From a virus (lineage: Duplodnaviria; Caudoviricetes): a stretch of 64,000 nucleotides of DNA. The position numbers were made by a program, and so were the translations under genes. Positions within the stretch are counted from its first letter, which is position 1, and every line of letters starts with the position of its first letter. Shown piece after piece: positions 9,947 to 19,722 of this stretch. The notes below the pieces were generated by a model that had not been told where the DNA came from, made no database searches, and saw only the letters and a list, made by a program, of their open reading frames with translations. The DNA lies in IMG/VR virus record IMGVR_UViG_3300042257_000094, positions 1-64,000 of that record, one strand, 5' to 3'.

Positions 9947-10525
9947 TTAAATTTCTCCTTCCTTTAGAATATACTTCTTAAACTTTTTATAGAAATGTTC
10001 TGTTTTCCCTTTACCTAGCCGTGAATTATACATGGTCTTCCAGTACCACGCAAGGGACCAAATCTGATCTTCGGTTATTTTTCCTATAATTACCTCTCTA
10101 TCAAAATCCCTATTGGTTCTCTCTTTATAATAAACCATTGCCAAAAGTATTTGATATTCAATGAGATGGATACAGCGTTCTTCACCGTAAGCCTCAATGT
10201 ATTTGTAGATCAACTTTTGAATATTCTTATGTCTCGGCAATACTCTCTTCTTTATATCAATATACGTTGATTTGTTTATTTGGTACACGCCAACGTCATA
10301 CTTACCGTTTCCAAGATTACTCCCCATGTCACTTTCTACAGCAGCAGTCCCTAAAAGAAGGTAGGTGAACATATCAGACTTTTCTTCTCCTGTCAACCCC
10401 ATCATCAATTCAATCCGACTTTTCAAAAATTCACGGTTGATTTGCCCGTCATATTTTGAATGTTCGGTTGCGGGTAAGAATGATATTGACAAGAGAAAGA
10501 TTATGATTGGTGAACTGTTAAGCAT
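9947..10525 (-). CDS. lysozyme/transglycosylase-like protein with N-terminal hydrophobic segment; candidate endolysin
   Basis: LLLGTAAVES (catalytic Glu), GVYQI, YWKTMYNSRLGKG. Confidence 0.55.
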   Translation of the reverse strand: MLNSSPIIIFLLSISFLPATEHSKYDGQINREFLKSRIELMMGLTGEEKSDMFTYLLLGTAAVESDMGSNLGNGKYDVGVYQINKSTYIDIKKRVLPRHKNIQKLIYKYIEAYGEERCIHLIEYQILLAMVYYKERTNRDFDREVIIGKITEDQIWSLAWYWKTMYNSRLGKGKTEHFYKKFKKYILKEGEI

Positions 10526-10608
10526 ATTACTCCTTATTTTTTATTAGCCCAAATTGTTCTCCCTTCTTTACATATTTATTGGATGTTGTCAAGAACTTTT
10601 TTCTATTT

Positions 10609-12189
10609 TTATTTACTTTTCTGTTCTCTTGATTCGTATCCTCCAAAATTCAAGTGATCTCTATAGGAATAGTACCAAGTATCGTACTTAAAATACCCGT
10701 GATTAAGGCATTGTAGGACGTATACGTGGTCTTTAGGATTAAATTGATCAAACCTGTTAGCTATCTGGTGTACCCTAACACAATTATGTGCCTGTAACTC
10801 TTTTTGTGTATCAATAGCAATAATATTGGTACACGTTGCCGCAATCCCAATGGATTCAGATATATGCGTCATATCTAAATATACTTCATTATACCCGCTC
10901 CTATTGCTGTGAATTGGAGACATTATACATATATTTCTAGTATCCGCACATCTTTTAGCCTCCTGCCATAGAGAATCAATACCAACTCGCTTATCAGTAT
11001 ATGCTGTGGGCTTTAAGATATTAATATAATCAATAACAACGATATCTGGTTGGAAATCCTCCACTGACTGAAGATAATCAAGCGTCTGTTCTACTTGCGA
11101 GAATGCGGCAGAAAATTGAGGAAAAGCCGTAATACGTATATTGCGAAGACCCTGCCACTTTAATGCTTTTTTTAACCTGTTTTTTGCATAATCTGGAGTT
11201 AGTACCGGACGCTCTTCCCACTTATCTAGAAAATCAATTTCATATTCATTATTCTTACCTCTACATATATCACAAGGAGCATAATCTTCATTTATAATAT
11301 CTTCTCTATTACGCCTTATCATATATCTTTCTTTATTTACCCTGTCTTTACGTCTACATTTGTTTTCTTTATTTTTTAAACAATCCCATGTTGCATATAA
11401 ACTCAAAGACTTATCTTCATCATAAGGCCTATTAAATGCTTGTAGCAGTAATCTCTCTTCACATTCATTTTTACTCATTTCTACCGACACTATGAGTGAT
11501 TTATATCCTTTATTGGCGGCTTCTAAGGCCACATCAAAAGCACAAAAAGTTTTTGATATTTTGGATGCACCAAAAATACCCATCAGGCCTCTTCTGCGAA
11601 TAGGTCCAATAATTTTTCCCATATCTCCATCAGGAGTAAATAATTCCGTATCCGATTTATCGAATACATTTGCTACAACGGTATCTATGTCTATAAGAGA
11701 GGATACATTACTAGTTTCTTTAGCTACTGTATTATATGAAAACAAAGACCTCTCTGCTTCTTCAATTCGGTTCAGAGAGAGGTTATTATTTACTCCTTCA
11801 ATAGTTTTTTCAAGCCCTTTTTTCTTTAGATAATTTAGAGTTTTATCAGTCCAGTAGTTTGCGTTGAAAGAGTTATCTTCTTCATCAAACATCATGGAAA
11901 TATGCAAAAGGAGTTCTTTAATCAGAGAACTTTCTTCTTCAGGAAGATTGGTTTCTTCTCTGTTAAATACATCTTGAATATGCTCACCAATTGGTTCATT
12001 ATATCGTTTAAAATAGTCAACTGACCAATCGGCAACTCTCTTTGAATAGGAAGCTGACAAAAACTCAGTGTTTAGAATGGGACAAACATTGAGACAAAAA
12101 CGCTTATTGGTTATCAGTCCAATAAGAATTTTCTTCTCAGTCTCCATATCAACTTTTTTTATTTTGATTGTCTTTTTGTCTTCACTCAA
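10609..12189 (-). CDS. replicative DnaB-family helicase (probable TTG start at 12189)
   Basis: Walker A variant GASKISKT, SVEMS, DIVVIDY, HSNRSG, ISESIG; Cys-rich insertion. Confidence 0.85.
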   Translation of the reverse strand: MSEDKKTIKIKKVDMETEKKILIGLITNKRFCLNVCPILNTEFLSASYSKRVADWSVDYFKRYNEPIGEHIQDVFNREETNLPEEESSLIKELLLHISMMFDEEDNSFNANYWTDKTLNYLKKKGLEKTIEGVNNNLSLNRIEEAERSLFSYNTVAKETSNVSSLIDIDTVVANVFDKSDTELFTPDGDMGKIIGPIRRRGLMGIFGASKISKTFCAFDVALEAANKGYKSLIVSVEMSKNECEERLLLQAFNRPYDEDKSLSLYATWDCLKNKENKCRRKDRVNKERYMIRRNREDIINEDYAPCDICRGKNNEYEIDFLDKWEERPVLTPDYAKNRLKKALKWQGLRNIRITAFPQFSAAFSQVEQTLDYLQSVEDFQPDIVVIDYINILKPTAYTDKRVGIDSLWQEAKRCADTRNICIMSPIHSNRSGYNEVYLDMTHISESIGIAATCTNIIAIDTQKELQAHNCVRVHQIANRFDQFNPKDHVYVLQCLNHGYFKYDTWYYSYRDHLNFGGYESREQKSK

Positions 12190-12338
12190 TCTTTGTTCTC
12201 CTTTTTTAATACATCTTCCCAATATGGAGAAAGCATAGCGGCATGATGTGTAGACAAATATACTGTATCGGCTATTCGCGTGGCTTTAAGTAATCTTAAC
12301 ACGGCCCCCCAATCAACATTTTTCATCGAATCCCTCCT

Positions 12339-12785
12339 TCACCTCTTTTTACGTTCTTTGTCTTGACTAGACAGCTTTATTTTATACCCACTTCTGTACA
12401 CCCTTTGACTATTAGTGATCCTTGTATGCTCACCATGCAAAACAAGCTCAAGGTTGTCAATATGGTTATTAGACCTGTTACCGTCAACATGGTGTACGTC
12501 CTCACAGTCATCAAGTTGCCTTCCTGGATACTGACTCATTATATATCTATGTTGCTTTACTCTTATCTGAGTGCAGTCATCAACCCACACACGCCCTTCA
12601 ACATACCCCCTATTATTAGTCCACCACGACTCTTTTTTCTTGTTGTGACCGCCGTTTTTAGACCACATACACGGCCTGGAGCAATATTTGCTTTTTTTAC
12701 TTCTTGGACGAAAAACACATCCACAAACAGGACACGTCTTATCAATTAATTTCCTGTTGTTTTTTCTCCCAAGGGAGTCTTTCAT
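12339..12785 (-). CDS. HNH homing endonuclease (HNH_3 type)
   Basis: CPVCG..YCSRPC; QHRYIM..EDVHHVDGNRSNNHIDNL. Confidence 0.85.
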   Translation of the reverse strand: MKDSLGRKNNRKLIDKTCPVCGCVFRPRSKKSKYCSRPCMWSKNGGHNKKKESWWTNNRGYVEGRVWVDDCTQIRVKQHRYIMSQYPGRQLDDCEDVHHVDGNRSNNHIDNLELVLHGEHTRITNSQRVYRSGYKIKLSSQDKERKKR

Positions 12786-12803
12786 TTTTAACTCCTTTAT
12801 TTT

Positions 12804-13388
12804 TTATTTCTTTTTATCTCTCATTTTAGCAAGCCTTTCACGAAACTCTTCCTTCTCTTCCTCAGTCATCTTAGTCCCATACCAAGGGTTTGCACCGTAC
12901 CTGTATGGATGAATCGAACACCCTTGTTCATTTCCATTCTTGTCTACATACAGGAAGTTAGGGCATTGACGAACATTTTCAAGAGTACCACCACCTTGAC
13001 ACATTCGGCAACGAAGCATAATTGCTTTCTTTTGTGTAATTTTTTGTGACCCAGCCGGAATATACCGAACTCCCCTTGTCCACGGATTCAATGGGCATCC
13101 TTCAGGATATACTCCACTATAATACTTCCCCCACTTCAAATCACAATCAATCTTTTCACTACTTTGTCCAGAGCATTCCACACAGTGTCGCCTAATAGCA
13201 ATGGTCCTTGTGTATTTTTTCAAAGGAGGTCCAATTTCAAGATAAAAGTCCTTCTCGTCATTAAAAGAAGTAAACTTGCCTTTTGAAATCTCATTCAAGC
13301 GTTTTTCATATATTTCCCAATTAAATTTATCAAGATATTTTTTTGTGGCTGTTCCATTTTGTTCTTCATATTCAATTTTTGTTTTCAT
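12804..13388 (-). CDS. Cys-rich hypothetical protein with an internally duplicated metal-binding motif
   Basis: AIRRHCVECSG..CPLNPW and AIMLRCRMCQG..CSIHPYRYG. Confidence 0.7.
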   Translation of the reverse strand: MKTKIEYEEQNGTATKKYLDKFNWEIYEKRLNEISKGKFTSFNDEKDFYLEIGPPLKKYTRTIAIRRHCVECSGQSSEKIDCDLKWGKYYSGVYPEGCPLNPWTRGVRYIPAGSQKITQKKAIMLRCRMCQGGGTLENVRQCPNFLYVDKNGNEQGCSIHPYRYGANPWYGTKMTEEEKEEFRERLAKMRDKKK

Positions 13389-13399
13389 TTATATTCTCC

Positions 13400-14051
13400 T
13401 TAATCACACTCCACAAGGTTGAGTACAAACCCCCTCCCCATTTGAGTAAATCGACGATTGTAAATAACTCTCCCATTATCTAGAACATCTTGTTTTATTT
13501 CCACATGGCCTTTATCTGCGTAACAACTATAGAGAACCCCCGTTCCATTTTTCTTAAACTGGATTCCTTTCTTGTGGAGATGCTTATTAAGTTCAATAGA
13601 AAGAATCGCTACCCACCTTCCCTGCCTCAACACGTTTTTCATGTTCATCGCGGAGCCGCTCAAGAGTCTTAATCATGGTTGAAGGATCACTCAACATTTT
13701 TTCAACCATATCCTCCGTTGCATAAATACCGTGCTTACGAATAATTGGCAGAACTTCGGATGTGACCCATTTCCTACACTTCTTAGCCTCCGGCTTTCGA
13801 GAACGGAGAATCAAGGAATACATTCCCGATTCATTGACAATAAACTTATCCTGTATTCCACCTTTAACGTCCGTATCAGGACTAGTAATCCACTCATCTT
13901 CATCCAAGTATCCTATGGCTATATGAGTATATTTAATACCCAATACCCCACAAACGTCTTTTGCCACAAACCACGGTTCAGTATCTTCACCTTGAATAAC
14001 TCGAATATCCCCTAGTTCCGCATGTTCAAAAATTTTAATATTCTTTCCCAT
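13400..14051 (-). pseudogene. Bro-N / KilA-C antirepressor split by internal deletion and frameshift
   Basis: 13593..14051 is Bro-N (PWFVAKDVC, NESGMYSLILRSRKPEAK..WVTSEVLP); the overlapping frame 13400..13663 carries an ANT/KilA-C-like end (ELNKHL..GIQFK..FTQMGRGF). Confidence 0.75.
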
Positions 14052-14067
14052 CTTTTCTCCTTTAAAA

Positions 14068-14439
14068 TTAGATTTCCCTCAACTTCCCATTACAATCAGT
14101 GTAAAACACCCTCTTAATCCCCAAATCCTCAATCATTCGCATACAGGCGTCACAAGGCTTAGCCAAGAGGAAATCGCCGTCATTGTTAACGCGACCTACA
14201 TATAACACAGCCCCCCTAGCTTTGTCAAGACATTTCAGCAGGGCCATGCGTTCGGCACATACACTGTCTTCCCTAGACCGCCATGTTTTCTTCAATGATT
14301 TTACATATCTTTTCTGATTATGGCCCGTGGAAATAATCTTACCATTTTTTATTACAACCGCGCCAAGTCGGTGTCGCATCTCACATTTATGAGCTTCCTT
14401 CCGAACATGGCGCAAAATCGACGGTATTGTCATTAACAA
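14068..14439 (-). CDS. zinc-dependent cytidine/dCMP-type deaminase
   Basis: HRLGAVV..GHN..CAE..AKPCDAC. Confidence 0.8.
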   Translation of the reverse strand: MLMTIPSILRHVRKEAHKCEMRHRLGAVVIKNGKIISTGHNQKRYVKSLKKTWRSREDSVCAERMALLKCLDKARGAVLYVGRVNNDGDFLLAKPCDACMRMIEDLGIKRVFYTDCNGKLREI

Positions 14440-14638
14440 TCTTCCATTCTTGTGTAAAAAAATATCTATTCATTTCATAAAAAACCAAATCTAACACAAT
14501 AGGATTCTCACTTTTTCGTAGTCGTTTTTTCATTAAATAGATATACCGCTTCGCAGTATTTAATTGCTCTTTTGTGTTGCAACTCTGAATAACTCTACGG
14601 CACTTGATTAGATTGTCTGATGCTTCTGAATATGTCAT
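14387..14638 (-). CDS. hypothetical protein
   Basis: AGGAG RBS; operon context. Confidence 0.6.
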   Translation of the reverse strand: MTYSEASDNLIKCRRVIQSCNTKEQLNTAKRYIYLMKKRLRKSENPIVLDLVFYEMNRYFFTQEWKIVNDNTVDFAPCSEGSS

Positions 14639-14711
14639 ACTTTACTCCTTATCGCAATTATAAGCTACATATACACTATAATAAATAATAATTACTTTTT
14701 TAGGCATATTT

Positions 14712-15047
14712 TCACCCCTTAACTACAAGTACGGGCCTAAAATGATCTACAACCTCTATAAGAATTCCTTCCTGTGCAGCAATTACCTCCGTAATATCTT
14801 TATATGCATCTGGGGATTCGTCTAACAGATTATTTAATGGGGGCGTAATAATATTTTCCATTTGATTAACTAATTCTGACATAGTCAGTTCTTTACGGGC
14901 CATCCGACGACTCATTTTACGCCCTGCCCCGTGTGAAGCCGATGACAAAAATTCATCATTTCCTAACCCCCGAGTAATCCATACCCCGCTACACATATTC
15001 GCGGGAATTACCCCGTACTGATCCTTATTTGCTTGCGTAGCCCCTTT
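14712..15047 (-). pseudogene. rtcB: C-terminal fragment of RtcB RNA ligase
   Basis: In-frame extension upstream of the listed ORF reads KGATQANKDQYGVIPANM..GLGN..SASHGAGR..DESPDAYK..VVKG (RtcB motifs). Confidence 0.88.
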
Positions 15048-15805
15048 ATCCGCTGCTTGGCTATCTCAAAGTATTCGGGGTCTATCTCAATGCCTATAAA
15101 TTTGCGTCCTGTTAGCTTAGCCATTTTTCCAGTCGTACCACTACCCATAAATGGATCAAATACAGTATCGCCTTCGTTTGACCAGCTTATGATGTGGTCG
15201 CGAGCAAGAGCTTCGGGGAATGGTGCGTTATGTTTAGTCTTGTCGTTTTTACCTACATCGTAAAACCAAATGTTAGGTTTTTGTTTTTCCGCATTCACCG
15301 TTGTTTTTTCTTGTCTTTTTCTTTCAGCATAGCTTGCTTCTCCTGCTTTGCTTCCACCTCTGTTTCGCTTTGTTCCTGCTGTTAATGAAGGTATTTTAAT
15401 CGGGTTAAATGTACTTGGTTTTCCTTTAGACCATACAAACATATATTCAAATTGCTGTTCGTATCTGTTGTGTGTTAATGGCATATAGCTATTTTTTGCA
15501 TACATCATTGTGTCATGCAGACGAAAACCACACTCCATAGCCCACAATGCTTGCTTAAAGCTAGTACCTGTCTCACTCCCCTTAATGGTTGCATCGCCAA
15601 CAACCCAAACGGCAACTCCACCATCGGAAGTGACGCGGTAGAGTTCAGCAATGACATCACGCCACACATGCTCCCCCCACTGGTCATTATTGCCGTTGTA
15701 CGTGCGTAGATTGTCGTATGGCGGACTGGTTACGGTTAAATCAATACTGCCGTCAGGAATCTCCTCCATGCACTCCAAACAATCGCCTAGCATTAGCTGG
15801 ATCAT
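15008..15805 (-). CDS. orphan DNA methyltransferase (beta class, SPPY; probably N4-cytosine)
   Basis: TSPPY, HNAPFP, DPFMGSGTT, FIGIE. Confidence 0.92.
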   Translation of the reverse strand: MIQLMLGDCLECMEEIPDGSIDLTVTSPPYDNLRTYNGNNDQWGEHVWRDVIAELYRVTSDGGVAVWVVGDATIKGSETGTSFKQALWAMECGFRLHDTMMYAKNSYMPLTHNRYEQQFEYMFVWSKGKPSTFNPIKIPSLTAGTKRNRGGSKAGEASYAERKRQEKTTVNAEKQKPNIWFYDVGKNDKTKHNAPFPEALARDHIISWSNEGDTVFDPFMGSGTTGKMAKLTGRKFIGIEIDPEYFEIAKQRIKGLRKQIRISTG

Positions 15806-15978
15806 TTCATTCCCCCATTCACAGCATACGTCACTGATTGCAGCATTTGCCCAGTATCAATCAGCGGCATGATTGCTAACTTTTTAAGAAACGGAAATCT
15901 AAGAGCACCATAGATCTGCTCTAATGCGCGAGGTTCAATCTTATCCTCTGAAATAGTTAATTTAAGCCTACTATCCAT
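15802..15978 (-). pseudogene. rtcB: N-terminal RtcB fragment fused to a foreign C-terminal peptide
   Basis: Manual translation MDSRLKLTISEDKIEPRALEQIYGALRFPFLKKLAIMP|LIDTGQMLQSVTYAVNGGMK*; GGAGA RBS; stop overlaps the MTase ATG. Confidence 0.75.
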
Positions 15979-16301
15979 TAATATTCTCCTTTATTTTTTG
16001 TTACCCTACAACTAAAACCAAACTTTGTCAACAAATATTTTGCAATTCTTCTTAGATTCTTCGGAGTGTCTCTCTTTTCAAATCACAGTACAATCTACCT
16101 ATGTGATTAAATACTTAGCGTTAGTACCTCCTATTTTATCAATCAAATGTATAAGTTACTTCCAATATTTACGTTCCCGGCGAGTGCCCTCCCGGGTTAG
16201 CGACAATATTAATCATAATGTACCATGTACACTCTATCAACTCCGTAGGAAGAACCTATATTGAAAGTAAATTGAACGGTTATCTTAAATATAAAAACTT
16301 C

Positions 16302-16330
16302 TTGACAACTAATCGCCTTTTTGCTAGAAT
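16302..16330 (+). promoter_or_regulatory. sigma70-type promoter at the start of the plus-strand arm
   Basis: TTGACA-17bp-TAGAAT with extended TG; near-duplicate at 22799. Confidence 0.75.
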
Positions 16331-16363
16331 CTAATCATCTTGAAGCAAAAAGGAGAAACAAAA

Positions 16364-16549
16364 ATGTCCAAGAAGAATGAAGTTGTTGCTTATATGGAAG
16401 ATAATTATCTTGTTGTTGGTGATAATAAGTATGACCTTGATGGTTTTATCGACCTCCGAGGCACAGGTATTACAGAATTGCCCGATAACCTGACCGTCGG
16501 AAGTGGTCTCCATCCCCGAAACACGTGTGGAGTTCTTTGCCTAGCATGA
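16364..16549 (+). pseudogene. truncated copy of the LRR gene (N-terminus plus about 1.5 repeats)
   Basis: MSKKNEVVAYMEDNYLVVG..ITELPDNLTVG closely matches 22861 onward; ATGA overlap with the helicase. Confidence 0.8.
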
Positions 16550-18165
16550 AATACTTTTACTTCAATTTACCAAAAAACAAACCACTCCATGAAGAATTAA
16601 CCTCTCTTTATGGAGTGGTCTTTCTCGTCCAACTAGAGCAGTACGCCGCCCCGGTGTTTCAGTTTGATTTTGTTTTCAAGACAATTTCCAAGTATTATCC
16701 AATAAACGCGAAAGTTCTCCTCAACTCCGCCCGATATGGAGACGTTAGAGAACATTTTGCTTGGTTAAAGGATAATATAAAAAATGTAAACAAAACAATT
16801 CCAAACTCCCATTTTAATTTCAAATCAAAGTTGACTCCGCTCCCATATCAAGAAAGTGGAGTTGAAATGATTCTGGATAGATATGATAAAGGGTATAAAG
16901 GAGCATTGCAAGGGGACGTTCCGGGGCTAGGTAAAACATTTCAAGCTATCCTCCTATATAATGCTTTTGTTTCTTATAAAAAATATGAAAAATTCAACAA
17001 AGATTCAAAAGTTCTCATTGTTTGCCCTAATTCTGTAAAAGGAAACTGGAAAAAAGAATGGGAAAAATGTGTTTGTAATAAAACAGAGGCATATATTATA
17101 GATAGCAATACGCCAAAATCAGCATTTGATCATCATAACATATTTGTAATAAATAACGATATTCTTCATAAACACAGATTTGTTCTACGCAAACAACAGT
17201 TTAGCTATGTAATTATTGATGAAATCCATTATTTCTGTAACTCCACTAGCAAGAGAAGTAAAGTTTTAAGGGATATCTGCTCTACTTCTGAGTTTGTTCT
17301 AGGAATGTCAGGCACTCCTTTAAAGAATTACATTAGAGATATTAGGCATATTCTTCAATTAATTGATCCTGATTTCATATGGGGAAATAAAAGACTATTT
17401 GAGAAAAAATTTTGTGATCTTAAAAAAGGTAAATACGGAATGATAAATACCGGGGCAAGCAATCAGCGGCTTCTTTCTCGTATTTTAAAAATGCACTATT
17501 TGATAAGGAGAACAAAAGAGGATATTGAAAATCAGCTTCCAGAAAAAAGAAGGGAGTTTCTATCTTTGGATGTAAATGAGTCAATGTCTGGTTTTTCTTC
17601 AATCAGCAAAATGAGGAATGTTCTTAAAAAAGAAGGTTTCTCTGATTTTTCTAAAATGGATGAAATTCCTGCTAAATTGAAGAGAAATAAAACCATTCAA
17701 AGGGCCAGAATCGATATTGGTTTGATGAAAGTTCCTTTTGTTGTTGAGATGGTGAATAGAAAAATAGAAAAAAATGAATCAGTTATTCTATTTTGTTACC
17801 ATAAAGAAGTGTTTGATAAATATAAGGAAATATATAAAGATAAAGCACTCTATATTTCAGGGGGAACGAACAGTAAAGATAGAACAAAATATGTTGAACA
17901 ATTTCAATCAGATAAAAAGAAACTTATTGTTTTGTCACTAGATGCTTGCTCAGAAGGCTTGACTTTAACGAAATCTCCCTATATGGTACAATCTGAAATG
18001 GATTGGAAAGCGGTTGTGCATAATCAAGCTGAGGATAGGTTTCACAGAGTCGGGCAAGAAAAGGAATGTTTGGTTGTCTATCCTTACATTGAAGGGACTC
18101 TAGACGAATATATTATTGGTTTGGTTGGATATAAAAATAAAACAGCAAAACGAATTGTGGGGTGA
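16546..18165 (+). CDS. SNF2/SMARCAL1-like helicase
   Basis: GDVPGLGKT, IIDEIH, SGTP, QAEDRFHRVGQ. Confidence 0.9.
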   Translation: MKYFYFNLPKNKPLHEELTSLYGVVFLVQLEQYAAPVFQFDFVFKTISKYYPINAKVLLNSARYGDVREHFAWLKDNIKNVNKTIPNSHFNFKSKLTPLPYQESGVEMILDRYDKGYKGALQGDVPGLGKTFQAILLYNAFVSYKKYEKFNKDSKVLIVCPNSVKGNWKKEWEKCVCNKTEAYIIDSNTPKSAFDHHNIFVINNDILHKHRFVLRKQQFSYVIIDEIHYFCNSTSKRSKVLRDICSTSEFVLGMSGTPLKNYIRDIRHILQLIDPDFIWGNKRLFEKKFCDLKKGKYGMINTGASNQRLLSRILKMHYLIRRTKEDIENQLPEKRREFLSLDVNESMSGFSSISKMRNVLKKEGFSDFSKMDEIPAKLKRNKTIQRARIDIGLMKVPFVVEMVNRKIEKNESVILFCYHKEVFDKYKEIYKDKALYISGGTNSKDRTKYVEQFQSDKKKLIVLSLDACSEGLTLTKSPYMVQSEMDWKAVVHNQAEDRFHRVGQEKECLVVYPYIEGTLDEYIIGLVGYKNKTAKRIVG

Positions 18166-18168
18166 TAA

Positions 18169-18411
18169 ATGTTTAACTGGTTGTTCAAGAACACCTGGCT
18201 TAAAATTAAAAAAGTATATTTTATCGAACGCGAAATGTTTTATCCAAACCAGATAAAAGTTTCCTCTACATATATACGTAGTGATAATATGCTAGAGTAT
18301 AAAAACTTGTACTCCACAAAAACATTTGATAATTACCTCGATGCCGTTAGATATGGGAACAGGCTGGCCAAGAAATATAATATTTTTTTCCTTGATCAAA
18401 CGGTAGAATAG
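18169..18411 (+). CDS. hypothetical protein
   Basis: tightly packed ORF in operon. Confidence 0.6.
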   Translation: MFNWLFKNTWLKIKKVYFIEREMFYPNQIKVSSTYIRSDNMLEYKNLYSTKTFDNYLDAVRYGNRLAKKYNIFFLDQTVE

Positions 18412-18421
18412 GTAAAATAAT

Positions 18422-19324
18422 ATGCTCGACGTAAGGGCTTTTCTGACTAAATTTGATGTTCCTTTTGCTGAACCGGGAACAGAGAACGTAGGTAAAAACT
18501 ATCTAGGCTTGCCTGTCTGTCCCTCTTGTGGGAAAGGAGGCAATCATTATGGTGTTAATATATTTACCGGAGCATGTTCTTGTTGGGTATGTCAGCACAA
18601 AGGTTCTGTTTATGATTTTGTAAAGCATTTTACAGGGGCTTCGTCCAAAGAAATATATAAAAGATTTAAAGAATCTAAAACCACGTTTCCTGTTTATCAA
18701 AAAGAAGAGATACAAGGCTCCTTGAAATTTCCTCACGGAATGGTTGATAATTTACCAAACCCACACAAAGAATATCTCAGGAACAGGGGTTTCGACCCTG
18801 ATTTTCTTGAACTTCGGTTTGGTTTGAAAGCCTTTGGAATGTTAAATAAGTTGTGGCAATATAGAATAATTGTTCCCATTTATATGCAAAACAAGTGTGT
18901 TTCATATTTAGGCAGAGCTATTTTTGATCACATGCTTCCTAGATATAAGAACGCATTAACAGAACATTCAATCATTCCGGTTAAACAGTGCTTATATGGA
19001 TTGGATGAAGTAGGAAACCATGCAGTTCTTGTTGAGGGACTGATTGATAGATGGAGATTTGGAAGTGGTGCAATAGCTACAATGGGTGTAGAAGTTACAA
19101 ACAAACAAATTGCTTTTCTAAAAAAACAGGGGGTCAATAAAGTAACAGTTCTTTTTGATAATGATTTAGCTGGTAAAACACAGGCTGAGAATGTTGCTAA
19201 TAAGATTTCATTATTGGGTATTAGAACAAATATTTTTATGTGGCATAAAGAAGACGTTATGAAGGATGTTGGTGAATGTGGTTTGGAGAAGGTCGAAGAA
19301 ATACGAAAGGAGATATTTAAATGA
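18422..19324 (+). CDS. DNA primase (zinc finger plus TOPRIM)
   Basis: CPSC..CWVC, YLRNRG, VEGLID, FDNDLAG. Confidence 0.9.
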   Translation: MLDVRAFLTKFDVPFAEPGTENVGKNYLGLPVCPSCGKGGNHYGVNIFTGACSCWVCQHKGSVYDFVKHFTGASSKEIYKRFKESKTTFPVYQKEEIQGSLKFPHGMVDNLPNPHKEYLRNRGFDPDFLELRFGLKAFGMLNKLWQYRIIVPIYMQNKCVSYLGRAIFDHMLPRYKNALTEHSIIPVKQCLYGLDEVGNHAVLVEGLIDRWRFGSGAIATMGVEVTNKQIAFLKKQGVNKVTVLFDNDLAGKTQAENVANKISLLGIRTNIFMWHKEDVMKDVGECGLEKVEEIRKEIFK

Positions 19325-19722
19325 GTCTACTTAAAGATGCTGAAAAGAATGTATTGAAGACGGCAAAAGAACTGGAACTTGCTCAAAAATATATGACGGC
19401 ACTCGCCCATTTTGGAAATACTGTTTTTCGATACGAAGAAGAAAGAGATGAATTTTTTAAAGGACTAAAAATTTGTAGAAACGCAGTATATAGTAGGTAC
19501 TGTAACGCTATTCTTGATTGCTTTATGTTTTCTAGTATTGGGGGAGAAGAAATGAAGGAGTATCAAAAAGAAATTTTTGCTACTCAGTTTAAGGAAGATG
19601 ATATTAAATACTCTGTTATGCAGTTTCTTGAGGAATGGGGAAATCTTCCGAGAGGATGGAAAAAATCTGATGAAGAGAAATTCAGAAAAGAGGCGGCAGA
19701 GTTTATTGAAAAAAACTCTTGA
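19321..19722 (+). CDS. hypothetical protein
   Basis: ATGA overlap with primase. Confidence 0.7.
   Translation: MSLLKDAEKNVLKTAKELELAQKYMTALAHFGNTVFRYEEERDEFFKGLKICRNAVYSRYCNAILDCFMFSSIGGEEMKEYQKEIFATQFKEDDIKYSVMQFLEEWGNLPRGWKKSDEEKFRKEAAEFIEKNS

Noticed and set aside
15048-15865. Intron or intein interrupting rtcB
   Set aside because: No group I/II structure or intein termini seen, and the central RtcB sequence is missing rather than displaced
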